Below, in pieces: positions 33,481 to 47,309 of a DNA stretch of 64,000 nt. Positions within the stretch are counted from its first letter, which is position 1. Each line of letters starts with the position of its first letter. The DNA is from the human T2T-CHM13v2.0 reference genome, Homo sapiens, in the NCBI RefSeq assembly GCF_009914755.1, contig NC_060927.1. One strand, 5' to 3'. Below the pieces are notes generated by a model that saw only the letters and a program-made list of their open reading frames with translations, did no database searches and was not told the origin of the DNA. A program made the position numbers and the translations under genes.

Positions 33481-35812
33481 GAAACCCATTTTCTCATGGG
33501 GTATTACCTTTTTGATATGTTGTTGAATTTGGTTAGCTAGTATTTTGTTGAGGATTTTTGCATCTATATTCATCAGAGATTTTGGTCTGTAATTTTCTTT
33601 TTCTTTTTTTTTGTTATGTCCTGTCCTGGTTTTGGTATTAGGGTGATACTGGCTTCATAGAATGATTTAGGGAGGATTCCCTCTTTCTCTGTTTTTCTGA
33701 ATAGTTTCAGTAGAATTGGTACCAATTCTTCTTTGAATGTCTGATAGAATTCAGCTGTGGATCCATCTGGTCATGGATTTTTTTTGTTGACGATTTTTAA
33801 ATTACTGTATCAATCTCACTACTTGTTATTGGTCTGTTCAAGAGTTTCTATTTCTTCCTGGTTTAATCTATGAGGATTGTAGATTTCCAGGAATTTATCC
33901 ATCTCCTCTAGGTTTTCTAGTCTGTGCATGTAAAGGTGTTCAAAGTAGCCTTTAATGATTTTTTGCATTTCTGTGGTATTGGTTGCAAAATCTCCCATTT
34001 CATTTCTAACTGAGCTCATTTGGATATTCTCTCTTCTGGGTTAATTTAGCTAATGGCCCATCAATTTTGTTTATCTTCTCAAAGAACAAGTTTTTTGTTT
34101 CATTCGTCTTTTTTTTTTGTTTGTTTCAATTTCATTTAGTTCTGCTCTGATCTTTGTTATTTCTTTGCTTCTGCTGGATTTGGGTTTGATTTGTTCTTTT
34201 TTCTCTATTTCCTTGAGATATGACCTTAGATTGTCTATTTGTCCTCTTTCAGACTTTTGATATAGGCATTTAATGCTATGAATTTTCCTTTTAGCACTGC
34301 TCTTACTGTATTTCAGAGGTTTTGATAGGCTGTGTCACTATTATCTTTCCATTCAAAGAATGTTTTAATTTCCCTCTTGATTCCATTGTTGACCCAAAGA
34401 TCATTCAGGAGCAGATTATTTAATTTGTATATTTGTATAGTTTTGAGGGTTCCTTAGGAGTTACTTTCCAATTTTATCCCACTGTGGTCTGAGAGGGTAC
34501 TTGATATCATTTCAACTTTCTTAAATTTGTTGAGACTTGTTTTGTGGCCTACCATATGGTCTCTCTTGGAGAGTGTTCCATGTGCTGATGAAAAGAATGT
34601 ATATTCTGCAGTTGTTAGGTAGAATGTTCTGTAAATATCTGTTAAGTCCATTTGTTCTAAGGTATAGTTGAAGTCCATTGTTTCTTTGTTGACTTTCTGT
34701 CTTGATGACCAGGGTAGTGCTGTCAGTAGAGTATTACAAGCCCCCCACTATTATTGTGTTGCTGTCTATCTCATTTCTTAGATCTAGTAGTAATCATTTA
34801 ATAAATCTGGGAGCTCCAAAGTTAGGTGCATATATATTTAAGATTGTGATATATTCCTGTTGGACTAATCCTTTTATCATTATAAATGTCCCTCTACGTC
34901 TTTTAAAACTGTTGTTGCTTTAAAGTCTGCTTTGTCTAATATAAGGATGGCTACTCCTGCTTTCTTTTGGTTTCCATCTACATGGAATATCTTTTTCTAC
35001 CCCTTTACCTTAAGTTTATGTGAGTGAGTCCTTATGTGTTAAGTGAGTCTCTTGAAGACAGCAGATACTTGGTTGATGGATTTTTATCCATTCTGTCATT
35101 CTGTATCTTTTGAGTGGAACATTTAGGCCATTTACATTCAACATTAGTATTGAGATGTGAAGTACTGTTTCACCTATTGTGCTAGATACCTTGTTTCTTT
35201 TTTCATTGTGTTATACCTTGCTTTTTTTTCATTGTATTATTGTTTTATATACTCTGTGAGATTTATGCTTTAAGGCAGTTATATTTTGGTGTATTTTGAG
35301 ATTTTTGCTTCAAGATCTAGAATTCCTTTTAGCATTTCTTGTAGTGCTGGCTTGGTATTAGAGCATTCTCTCAGCATTTGTCTGAAAAAGACTTTATATC
35401 TCCTTCATTTATGAAGCTTAGTTTTGTTGGATACAAAATTCTCAGCTGATAATTATTTTGTTTGAGGAAGCTAAAGATAGGACTCCACTCCTTTTTGGCT
35501 TGTTGGGTTTCTGCTGAGAAATCTGCTGTTAATCTGATAGGTTTTCCTTTATAGGTTACCTGATGCTTTTGCCTCACAGCTCTTAAGATTCTTTCCTCTA
35601 TCTTGAATTTAGATAACCTGATGATTATGTGCGCAGGTGATGATCTTTTTGTCATGAATTTCCCAGGTGTACTTTGCACTTCTTGTATTTGGATGTCTAG
35701 ATCTCTAGCAAGGCCAGGGAAGTTTTCCTTGATTATTTCCTCAAATTTGCTTTCCAAATTTGTAGATTTCTCTTATTCCTCAGGAACATCAATTATTCTT
35801 AGGCTTGGTCAT

Positions 35813-38072
35813 TGTATTTGTCCATTTTCATGCTGCTGATAAAGACATAACCAAGACTGGGAAGAAAAAGAGGTTTAATGGACTTATAGTTCCACGTGGC
35901 TGGAGAGGCCTCAGAATCGTGGCTGGAGGTGAAAGGCACTTCTCACATGGTGGCAGCAAGAAAAAATGAGGAAGATGCAAAAGCAGAAACCCCTGATAAA
36001 ACCATCAGATCTTGTGAGACTTATTTACTGCCATGAGAGAACAGTATAGGGGAACCACCCCCATGTTTCAAATTATCGCCCATCACGTTTCTCCCACAAC
36101 ACATGGGAATCATGGGAGTACAATTCAAGATGAGATTTGGGTGGGGACACAGAGCCAAACCATATCATTCCACCCCAAACCCCTCCAAATCTCATGTCCT
36201 CACATTTCAAAACCAATCATGCCTTCCCAACAGTCCCCCAAAGTCTTAACTCATTTCAGCATTAACCCAAAAGTCCACAGTACAAAGTCTCATCTGAGAC
36301 AAGGCAAGTCCCTTCTGCATATGAGCCTGTAAAATCAAAAGCAAGCTAGTTACTTCCTAGATACAATGTGGGTACACATATTAGGTAAATACAGCTGCTC
36401 CAAATGGGAGAAATTGGCCAAAACAAAGGGTTTACAGGGCCCATGCAAGTCTGAAATCCAGAGGGGCAGTCTAATTCTAAAGCTCCAAAATGATCTCCTT
36501 TGACTCCATTTCTCACATCCAGGTCATGCTGATGCAAGAGGTAGTTTCCCATAGTCTTGGGCAGCTCCACCCCTGTGGCTTTGCAGGGTATAGCCCCCTT
36601 CCTGGCTGCTTTCATGGGCTGGCATTGAGTGTCTGCAGCTTTTCCAGGCACACGGTGTAAGCTGTCAGTGGATCTACCATTCTGGGGTCTGGAAGATGGT
36701 GACCCTCTTCTCACAGCTCCACTAGGTGGGTGCCCGAGTAGGGACTCTGTGTCAGGACTCTGACCCCACATTTCCCTTCTGCACTGCCCTAGCAGAGGTT
36801 CTCCATGAGGGCCCCACCCTTGCAGCAAACTTTTGCCTGGGCATCCAGGTGTTTCCATAAATTTTCTGAAATCTAGGTGGAGGTTCCTAAACCTCAATTC
36901 TTGACTTCTGTGCACCTGCAGCCTCAACACCACATGGAAGCTGCCAAGGTTTGGGGCTTGCAACCTCTGAAACCATGGGCCAAGCTGTACCTTGGCCCCT
37001 TTTAGCAACAGTTGGAGCGGCTGGGACACAGGGCACCAAGTCCCTAGGCTGCACACAGCGTGGGGACTCGGGGCCCAGCCCACTAAACCATTTTTTCCTC
37101 CTAGCCTTCTGGGTCTGTGATGGGAGGGGCTGCTGTGAAGACCTATGGCATGCCCTGGAGACATTTTCCCCATTGTCTTGGGGATTAACATTTGGCTCCT
37201 TGTTACTTATGCAAATTTCTGCAGCCAGCTTGAATTTCTCCTCAAAAAATGGTTTTTTCTTTTCTACTGCATTGTCAGGTTGCAAATTTTCTGAACTGTT
37301 ATGCTCTGTTTCCCTTTTAAAATGCAATGCTTTTAACAGCACCCGAGTCACCTCTTGAATGCTTTGCTGCTTAGAAGTTTCTTCCACCGGATACCTTAAA
37401 TCATCTCTTTCAAATTCAAAGTTACACAAATCTCTAGGTCAGGGGCAAAATGCCATCAGCCTCTTTGCTAAAACATAACAAGAATCACCTTTGCTCCAGT
37501 TCCCAAGAAGTTCCTCATCTCCATCTGAGACCACCTCAGCCTGGATCCTATTGTTCATATCACTATCAGCATTTTTGTCAAAGCCGTTCAACACGTCTCT
37601 AGGAAGTTCCAAAATTTCCCACATTTTCCTCTTTTCTTCTGAGTCCTTCAACTGTTCCAGCCTCTGCCTGATACCCAGTCACATTTTTGGGTATCTTTTC
37701 ACAACACCCAATTCCTGGTACCAACGTACTGTATTAGTCCATTTTCATGCGGCTAATAACAGCATACCCAAGACTGGGAAGAAAAAGAGTTTTAATTGGA
37801 CTTACAGTTCTGCATGTCTCGGGAGGCCTTGGAATCATGGCTGGAGGTGAAAGGCACCTCTTATATGGCAGCTGCAAGAGAAAATGAGGAAGATGCAAAA
37901 GCAGAAACCCCTGATAAAGCCATCAGAGCTCGTGAGTCTTATTCACTACCACGAGAGAACAGTGTGGGAGAAACCACCTCCATGATTCAAATTATCTCCC
38001 ACCGGGTCCCTCCCACAACATGTGGGAATTCAAGATGAGCTTTGGGTGGGGACACAGAGCCAAACTGTATCA
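35813..38072 (-). mobile_element. Complete THE1 (MaLR) element: LTR 35813-36167, internal 36168-37729, LTR 37730-38072
   Basis: Two ~350-bp direct-repeat LTRs (TGTATT...ATCA), ~1.56-kb internal region with MaLR ORF remnants, perfect 5-bp TSD GTCAT (35808-35812, 38073-38077). Confidence 0.97.
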
Positions 38073-39696
38073 GTCATTTAACATAATCCTAACTTTCTTG
38101 GAGTCTTTGTTCAATATTTTAAAATTCTTTTTTCTTTGTCTTTGTCTGATTGTGTTAATTCAAAAACCTTGGCTTCAAGCTCTGAAGTTCTTTCTTCTAC
38201 ATATTCTAGTCTATTATTGAAACTTTTCAGTGTATTTTGTATGTCTCTAAGTGTGTCTTTCATTTCAAGAAGTTGTGATTGTTTTTTCTTTATGATATTT
38301 ATTTCTCTGGAAAATTTGTCATCCATATCCTGTATTTTCTTTTAATTTCTTTACATTATTTTTTAACTTTCTCTGGTATCTCCCTGAGTAGCTGAATAAT
38401 CAACCTTCTGAAATCTTTATCTGGCAATTCAGAGATTTCTTCTTGGTTTGAATCCATTGCTGGGGAGCTACTGTGATCTTTTGGGCATGTTATAGAACCT
38501 TGTTTTGTTATATTACCAGAATTACTTCCCTGGTTCCTTCTCATTTGGGTAGACTATTTCAGTGGAAAGATCTGGAACTCAAGGGCTGCTGTTCAGATTC
38601 TTTTGTCCCACAGGGTGATCCCTTGATGTGGTGCTCTCCCCCTTTCCCTAGGGATTGGGCTTCCTGAGAGTTGGACTGCAGTGATTGTTATTGCTCTTTT
38701 GGGTTTAGCCACCTAGTGAGGCTACCAGGCTCTGGGCTGGTGCTGGAGAATGTCTGCAAAGAATCCTGTGATGTCATCCATTTTCAGGTCTCCCCACTGT
38801 GGATACCAGCACCTGCTCTATTGGAGGTGGCAGAGGAGTGAAGTAAACTGTAATAGTCCTTGGTTATAGTTTTGTTTAGTGTGCTGGTTTTGTCGAATGC
38901 TGGTTATTCCAGCAGTGAAGTTGTCATGTGGACAGACTCAGGACCTCTGGTAGGCCAGGATGTTGCAGGCAGTGGAATTAGCTGTTGTTTTAGCTTTCCT
39001 TGGAGTAGGGTTATTCTGTCATGAGTTCTGTAATGGCTTGAGTTGGTTGACCTCCAGCCAGGAGGTGGCACTTTCAAGAGAGCACCAGCTGCAGTAGTAG
39101 AAGGGGGATTATAAGCGTGCCCTAAATTGGCCAGGATAAATATTTGGGTTTCTCAGGTGATGGGCAGGGACATAAAGCTCCCAAGAATTTGTGTCTTTTG
39201 TGTTCAGCAACCAGGGTGGGTAGAGAAAAAACATCAGGTGGGGGCAGGGTTAGGTGGGTTTGAGCTCAGTTTCTCCTTGGGCAGGGCTTGTTGCAGCCAC
39301 TGTGGGAGATGGGTGATGGTTCTCAGGCCAATGGAGTTACGTTCCAAGGGAGAATATGGTTGCCCCTGTTGCATAACACAAGTCACTAGGGAAGTGAGGG
39401 AAAGCCAGCAGTGACAGGCCTCATCCAAATCCCACATAGCCAACAAGGCCGGTCTCACTCCCACTGTGCCCTGCCAACAGTGCTGAGTTTACATCTAGGA
39501 TCCCCAGGCATGTGCATGGGGCTCAGACCTTGCCCCAAACTACGAGCCTCCCTGCTGAGAAAGTAAGTATGGCTTTCAGGCCTTGCCCTTCCCCACCTGT
39601 CCACACAATTGGCTGTGGCTCCTGCAGCAATTCCCATTTGCCCCCCAGATTCTGCTCAGGAAAATTTGTGCTCAGTCAAAATTATTACAAATTTCA

Positions 39697-39990
<294 letters not shown>

Positions 39991-40805
39991 ATTACTAAAT
40001 TTAGTTGGAAGCTTCTTTCACCCTACCTAGTGACCCCTACCTAGTTCCGCTGCACGCCTTCCCCAAGGACCCCTGTGAGGCAGAGTCAGGGATGGCTTAC
40101 CTAGGCTTGAGCTGGGGACTGGGAGTACCTACAGGGCTCTTCTCATTGCTTCTTGTATTTTAATATTTTGCTCAGCTCCCTAAATCCATTCCAACTCTAG
40201 GTAAGGTTAAATTATTCTCCTGTGATCTGGATTTTCAGGTTCCCCAGTGAGGATGTGTGTTCCGAGGCAGGTTTTCCCCTCTCATACTTTGGGAACTCAG
40301 GTTTTTAGCTGTCTCACACAGTTTGCAGCCATGAGCCGCTTCTTCCACAGGATCTGTGAACTCTTTCGGTCTTCCTGGCACATTCCTGCTGTGGTTCTTG
40401 GAGCAAAAGTACACAGTGTGAGCTTCCACATGCTGTTCTGTCTGTCCAAGTGGGAGATGCACATTAGTCCTGTCTCCTATCTATCATGTTCTCATTCTTC
40501 TTTCTAGTCTTCAGATGAATAACTTCAATTGTTCGCTGATCTTCTTCTGCTTGCTCATTCTCTTGCTAAACCCCCATGGTGAAATTTTTTTTCAGCTATT
40601 GCAGTTTTCAGCTTCAGAATTTCTATTTGGTTTCTTTTTATAATTTCTACCTCTTTATTGCTATTCTCTATTTGTTCATATGTTGTTTTCTTGGTTTCCT
40701 GTTGTTCTTTTGTTCAGGATTTTCTTTAGTTATTTGAGCATATTTAAGATAGTGGATTTAAGTCTCTCTTTAGTAAGTTTAATGTCTGGGATTTTATAGG
40801 GATGG

Positions 40806-41432
40806 TGTTAGGTCCACGACTATGCCAAATGTCCACTCAGGGTCAGGTTCTGGCCCATGCTGAGGTCTGAGGGGAGTGGGTGGATGGGCATTTAGCTGAA
40901 AGAACACTCGGGGGGCCGTAGGCAGGTGAATATTGTTTTATTCAGAAGCAGCTCTCATCAACAGCTTTCTCATCAGCAGCTTACTTACACCAGCTTTCTC
41001 ACACTGTCTGTCTTTATCTCAGCTCTCTGCTCTGGCTCTGCGGCCCCTGCCTTCCCCATGTCTGTAGGGGCACGGCCAGTTCTCCCTTGCTTTCAGGGTC
41101 GGCAGCTTAACTCTCTCTCTCTGGGCACCAGCGTGAGCCATGCCATGGCTCGTCTGCAAGACAGACAGCTCTGGTTCTCCCTCTCTCTTTCTCTGGGCAC
41201 CAGCACCATGTCAAGCCATGCCTGAGAGCCCTGTGCACAGTGTCAGCAAGGCAATTATACCTTCTACAGACAGTTATACCTTCTACAGGCTTTGAGCCAA
41301 GTATGAACTTAACACAAACAGGTTATATAACAAATGGAGGTGTGCGCCTATGCACCAATCCTGCTGTGTCATGCAGGCCTGGATGTCTGCCTCAGCCTAT
41401 TCCTTGACTAAAGCACATCCACGTACCTTACA
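40806..41432 (-). mobile_element. Solo ERV LTR, LTR18B-like
   Basis: TG...CA termini, perfect 5-bp TSD GATGG; minus strand begins TGTAAGGTACGTGGATGTGCTTTAGTCAAGGAATAGG as recalled for LTR18. Confidence 0.82.
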
Positions 41433-42206
41433 GATGGTTTCTGTGAATTTATTTTTTTCCCTTGTGAGTGGGCCATACTTTCCTGTTTCTTTGCATGCCT
41501 TGTAATTATTTTGCTGAGAACTGGACATTTTGAATATTATAATGTGGAACTCTGGAAATAAGACTCTACCCAAGGCTTTAATTTTCATTATTGAGGGCAG
41601 CCATCCACTTGTTTAATGAGTTTCCAAATTGTTTTTGCAAAGACTGTATTCTTTGTCAAGTGTGCTCATTGAACTCTCTGTTTTGTTATCTTAGCAATTG
41701 ACTAGTGACCTGAAAGAGATTTCCTTAAATACCTAGAGACAGAAAAAAAAGAAAAAGAAAAACACCCACAAAACCACAAGACTGTGCCTCTGGTCTTTGC
41801 ATTCTGGCTCTAAGCTAGGACACTCCTTCAATGCTAAGCCAAGCTGATGGCAACCCTACCTTAGCCTTCACTTCTTGCTTGTGTGGAGTCCAAAGATCAG
41901 CCACAAGTGTAAGTCTAGGATCCTCTTAAGCCTTTTCTGATCACGCATCTGGGCCTGTGCATGTATACTATACTCCAGATTCCCCAGTATATGCTGTAGC
42001 CCTCCAAAGCTCTTATTCCCCCAAGAATCTTCCTCCTCATTCTCAGGTTTTTGGATCTGTCTGTTGCTTGCCTCATCCTCCATTTCTTGCCCCAGGCAGC
42101 GGTGGATAGTGTATGTCTTTAAATATTTCCATCAGATCCTGTGCAGGAAGCCCTCCAACCTGAGGAGGTAAAATTAAGGGTCAGCTTCCAGGTCAGTCTC
42201 TTACAG

Positions 42207-42731
42207 CAGGGGTCCCCAATCCCAAGGCTATGGACCAATACTGGTCAGTGGCCTGTTAGGAACTGGGCTTGGGCTGCATAGCAGGAGGTGAGCGGTCATT
42301 GAGTGAAACTTCATCTGTATTTATAGTCTTTCTGCATTGCTTGCATTACCACCTGAGTCCCGCCTCCTGTCAGATCAATGGCAGGATTAGATTCTCATAG
42401 GACCACAAACCCTACTGTGAACTGCACATGTAAGAGATCTAGGTTGTGCATTCCTTACGAGAATCTAATGCCTGATGATCTGTCACTGCCTCCCATCACC
42501 CCCAGATGGGACTATCTAGTTGCAGGAAAACAAGCTCAGGGCTTCCACTGATTCTACATCATGGTGAGTTGTATAATTAATTTTTTACATATTACAGTGT
42601 AATGATAATAGAAACAAAATACACAACAAACGTAATGTGCTTGGATCATCCTGAAACCATCCCCCATCCCAGTTCATGGAAAAATTGTCCACAAAACTGG
42701 TCCCTGGTGCCAAAAACATTGGGAACTGCTG
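42207..42731. mobile_element. MER1A hAT-Charlie element
   Basis: CAGGGGTCCCCAA...GGGAACTGCTG termini, ~525 bp, gagaatctaatgcctgatgatctg core, degenerate 8-bp TSD. Confidence 0.9.
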
Positions 42732-43186
42732 CCTTAGAGAATGCAGAAACCGGTCAAATGCATAACCAAAATGTTTTGAGAACAAGGTCATAGTGCTGAG
42801 CCTGGGACCAGCAAGCTGCATCAGAACACAAGCCACCATCCATAAGACTACCACCAGGCTGGGGAGTAGAGGATGCTAGGTGGGCAAGCAAAATCCCCCA
42901 TAATTCTTTCCTATCAAAATTCAGCTGCCTCTTTCTTTATTAAGCACTCCCTGGTTGACTTAAATATTTTATTAGACTCCAGAGTCTGAAATGTCGATTC
43001 TGTCATTTTTTGCCATTTAATGTTTGCTTCAGTAGAGGGACCAATTCTTGGCGCTCCCTATTCTGCTAATTCTGTGATGTCGTTTCTGTTACAACTACTT
43101 TAGAAAACAATTTGGAAACATAAATTTCTTCAGATTTATGTAGTAAATCTGTAAACCAACAACTCTACTCTGTTGACATTCCAGAG

Positions 43187-43412
43187 CTGTGTTTCTCAAA
43201 TGGGGCAATTTTGCCGCTCTGTGGACATTTGGAAATGCCTGGAGACATTTTTTGATTTTCACAACTGGGGTGCACCATTAGCATCTAGTGGGTAGAGATC
43301 ATGGATGTTGTGAAACATCTTACATTACACAGGACTACCCTCTCCCTCCAGCCTCCAGCAACAAAGATTTATCCGGCCCTACATGTTAAAAGAGCTAAGA
43401 TTGAGAAACCAT
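43187..43412. mobile_element. MER20 hAT element
   Basis: ggacatttggaaatgcctggagacatttt...gcatctagtgggtagag...gattgagaaacc. Confidence 0.88.
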
Positions 43413-43608
43413 CATCTAGAGAAATGTGTCCATGTACACTAGGAGAATGCTCATAGCTTCATCATTTATAAGAGTCCTAAATGGGAAATGATCCAAATGC
43501 CTATCAACAGTAGAAGGGATAAATATATTCTTGTGTGCATTCAGTGAGATACTTTATAGCTATAAAAATGTAGTACAAACACTTATAAAGAACTACAAGA
43601 AAGTACTT

Positions 43609-43735
43609 GGCACAGTGGCATGCACCTGTAGTCTCAGCTACTGAGAAGGCTGAAGTGAAGGATCACTTGAGCCCAGGAGCTCGAGGCCAACCTGGGCAAC
43701 ATAGCCAGACATCGCTCTCCAAAAAAACAAAAATA
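43609..43735 (+). mobile_element. FLAM/Alu monomer within an L1ME-like 3' fragment
   Basis: Single monomer with A tail. Confidence 0.8.
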
Positions 43736-44505
43736 AATGAATAAGGAAATGCAAGAAAATGATTTCCATAAATTTCACGACAGTGATCACCTATAGGGTA
43801 AAAGTTGAAGGGGGAATTCAGATTAGGAGAGTAGACATGAGGATCATCTGGGTTGCTGGTGATGTTCTATTTCTTGAACTGGATGGTGTTTATATAAGGG
43901 TTCACTTTAACAAAATGTACGTTTGTATTCTATTACTTGTATTTATATCTCATAATAAAAAGATAAAAATAAAGGCTGTCAGTAGTTACAGTATTTATTT
44001 TCTATTATACTCCCTACTCTATCAAGTCATATTCTTACTCGGATCTTCAAACTGACCATAGTCCCAGCACAGATGTTCATTCATTCAATCATCGGTATTT
44101 ACCGAACATCTACTGTAAGTCAGGAACTGTTCTAAACACTAGGAATACACAATGGAACAAGATAGACATCTTGCATTCCAGAGCGGGGAGACAGGAAGTA
44201 ATTAATAAACAAAAAGGTATAAAAGATAATTTTGAGGGGGGCTAAGTACTTTGAGAACAAGGCAGAGTTAAATGAGAGAGGCTGACTGAAGTGAGAGTGA
44301 CCGGAATGAGCTATTTTAGGTCAGTAAAGGCTTTTGCGAAGATGACAATTGAGGAGATAACTGACCTGTATCAAATGAAGGAAGGGCCTACATGAAGTTC
44401 TGCAGGAAGAATATTCCATATAAAGGAAGCAGATATTATTGAGGCTTTTAAGTACAAAAGTATTTGATGCGTTTGAGGAACCTCAGGAAATAAAAGTGTG
44501 GTTAG

Positions 44506-45389
<884 letters not shown>

Positions 45390-45851
45390 ATATGGAGATG
45401 AATTTGGGTGAGACAATAGTGGTTGTGAGGTGGAGATGTTGTAGAGTGGATAGATTGAGAATTTAAGGTGGAGTCAAGAATATGTGATAATGGACTGGAA
45501 GTGAGGTGTGAGGAAACAGCAGAATCAGGGACAATTCCTAGGTTTTTGTCTTAACAATCAAGGGGATAGTAGGGACTTTCGCTTTGAGAAGACTGGGGAG
45601 TAAGAAACTTGGATCAAGAGGTTAATTAGGGCCATATTACGTTGTGATGTCTATTAGGCACTCCGGGGGAGATGTCAGGTCAGCTGTTGAATATGATTCT
45701 TCTTCACAGATTTTTTTTTACACTTTAAAATTCTTTTTCTCTTTTTTGTAACTTTTTTTGTTGTTGTTTTTATTTTGTCATTTTTTTCTGCTTCTAACAC
45801 ACCAAAACTCACTCCTTCCTTCCTTCCTTCCTTCCTTCCCTCCCTCTCTAT

Positions 45852-46153
45852 TTCTTTCTTTTTTTTTTTTTTTTGAGACAGAGTCTCACTCTGTTGCCCA
45901 GGCTGGAGTGCAGTGGCACGATCTTGGCTCACTGCAAGCTTCACCTCCTGGGTTCACGCCATTCTCCTGGCTCAGCCTCCAAGTAGCTGGGACTACAGGC
46001 ACCCGCCACCATGCCGGCTAATTTTTTGTATTTTTAGTAGAGACGGGGTTTCACCGTGTTAGCCAGGATAGTCTCAATCTCCTGACCCCTTGATCCATGG
46101 GCCTCGGCCTCCCAAAGTGCTGGGATTACAGGCGTGAGCCACCGCGCCCGGCC
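45852..46153 (-). mobile_element. AluY-like with (CCTT)n extension
   Basis: caccgtgttagccaggat diagnostic. Confidence 0.95.
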
Positions 46154-46159
46154 TTTCTC

Positions 46160-46290
46160 ACTCTTTCTTTCTTTCGAGTCAGGGTCTTGCTATGTTGCCC
46201 AGGCTGGTCTCAAACTCCTGGCCTCAAGCAATCCTCCTGCTTCAGCCTCCCAAAGTGCTGGAACTACAAGTGTCCCATCGCACTGGGTCC
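46160..46290 (-). mobile_element. FLAM/Alu monomer
   Basis: Single antisense monomer. Confidence 0.82.
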
Positions 46291-46389
46291 TTCTTCATAG
46301 AGTTAATGGACTAGATTTCAGGATATCTAGAGTTCCCTTCAACCATATTAAAAACATTCAACAAATTGCCAGTTGATTTAATGAATTAG

Positions 46390-46735
<346 letters not shown>

Positions 46736-47239
46736 CCAAGATAATCATTTTTAATCTAAAAAAGTAGATTATAAAACAGTTACCTATGGTTTGCCACCAT
46801 TTTTAAGAATACAGTATATTATAACAACTCATTGGAAGCTTGAAGCAGATAGAATGGAATCTGAGCAGTAGCTACTTCAGGTGCTGGGGTGAGTGTCGTT
46901 TTATCCTTTTAAATTCTTGTTATTGGTAATTTAAAATGTTTTCAATAATCATGCATTACCTGTATAACGTTTTTTAAAAAAAAAAAAAAAAATCCATGGT
47001 CTCTTTCAGCTGGGCAGTCTGCGGCTGGGTAATCTGTCAGGTGAGGGACATCAAGGTGATCAGACTGAGAGGATGGACCAGATACGAAGTGGGAGAGGCA
47101 AAGAGGCCCAGTTCCAGGGCCGGGGGCGAGGGGTGGGCGGTCCAAAGGGCACCGCCCCTGCGGGTCACGTGCTCGCCGACCACCAATGGCCGCCTCCGAG
47201 CCCACCTTGGGGACGGGGCGGGGCGCCTGGCTGGCGTCA

Positions 47240-47309
47240 CCAGGACAACGGGCGTCGCCGGCGCCGTGTGACTTCGGGCTGTGGGCTCGCTCGCGGCTTT
47301 TCGGCCATG
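47240..47309 (+). other. FBXL2: Exon 1 (5'UTR plus start codon); 5' boundary approximate
   Basis: GTGACTTCGGGCTGTGGGCTCGCTCGCGGC..TTCGGCCATG matches my recollection of the FBXL2 mRNA 5' end; followed by consensus donor GTGAGT at 47310-47315. Confidence 0.78.
47307..47309 (+). CDS. FBXL2: First coding exon consisting only of the initiator ATG; F-box/LRR-repeat protein 2 (SCF substrate receptor); rest of CDS lies beyond the window
   Basis: GCC-ATG Kozak context directly followed by GTGAGT; gene identity from recalled 5'UTR and N-terminus (M|VFSNNDEG...), whose exon-2 sequence I did not find in the window. Confidence 0.75.

Noticed and set aside
36346-37191. 281-aa ORF
   Set aside because: Lies within the THE1 internal region; repeat-derived, with no evidence of a host gene
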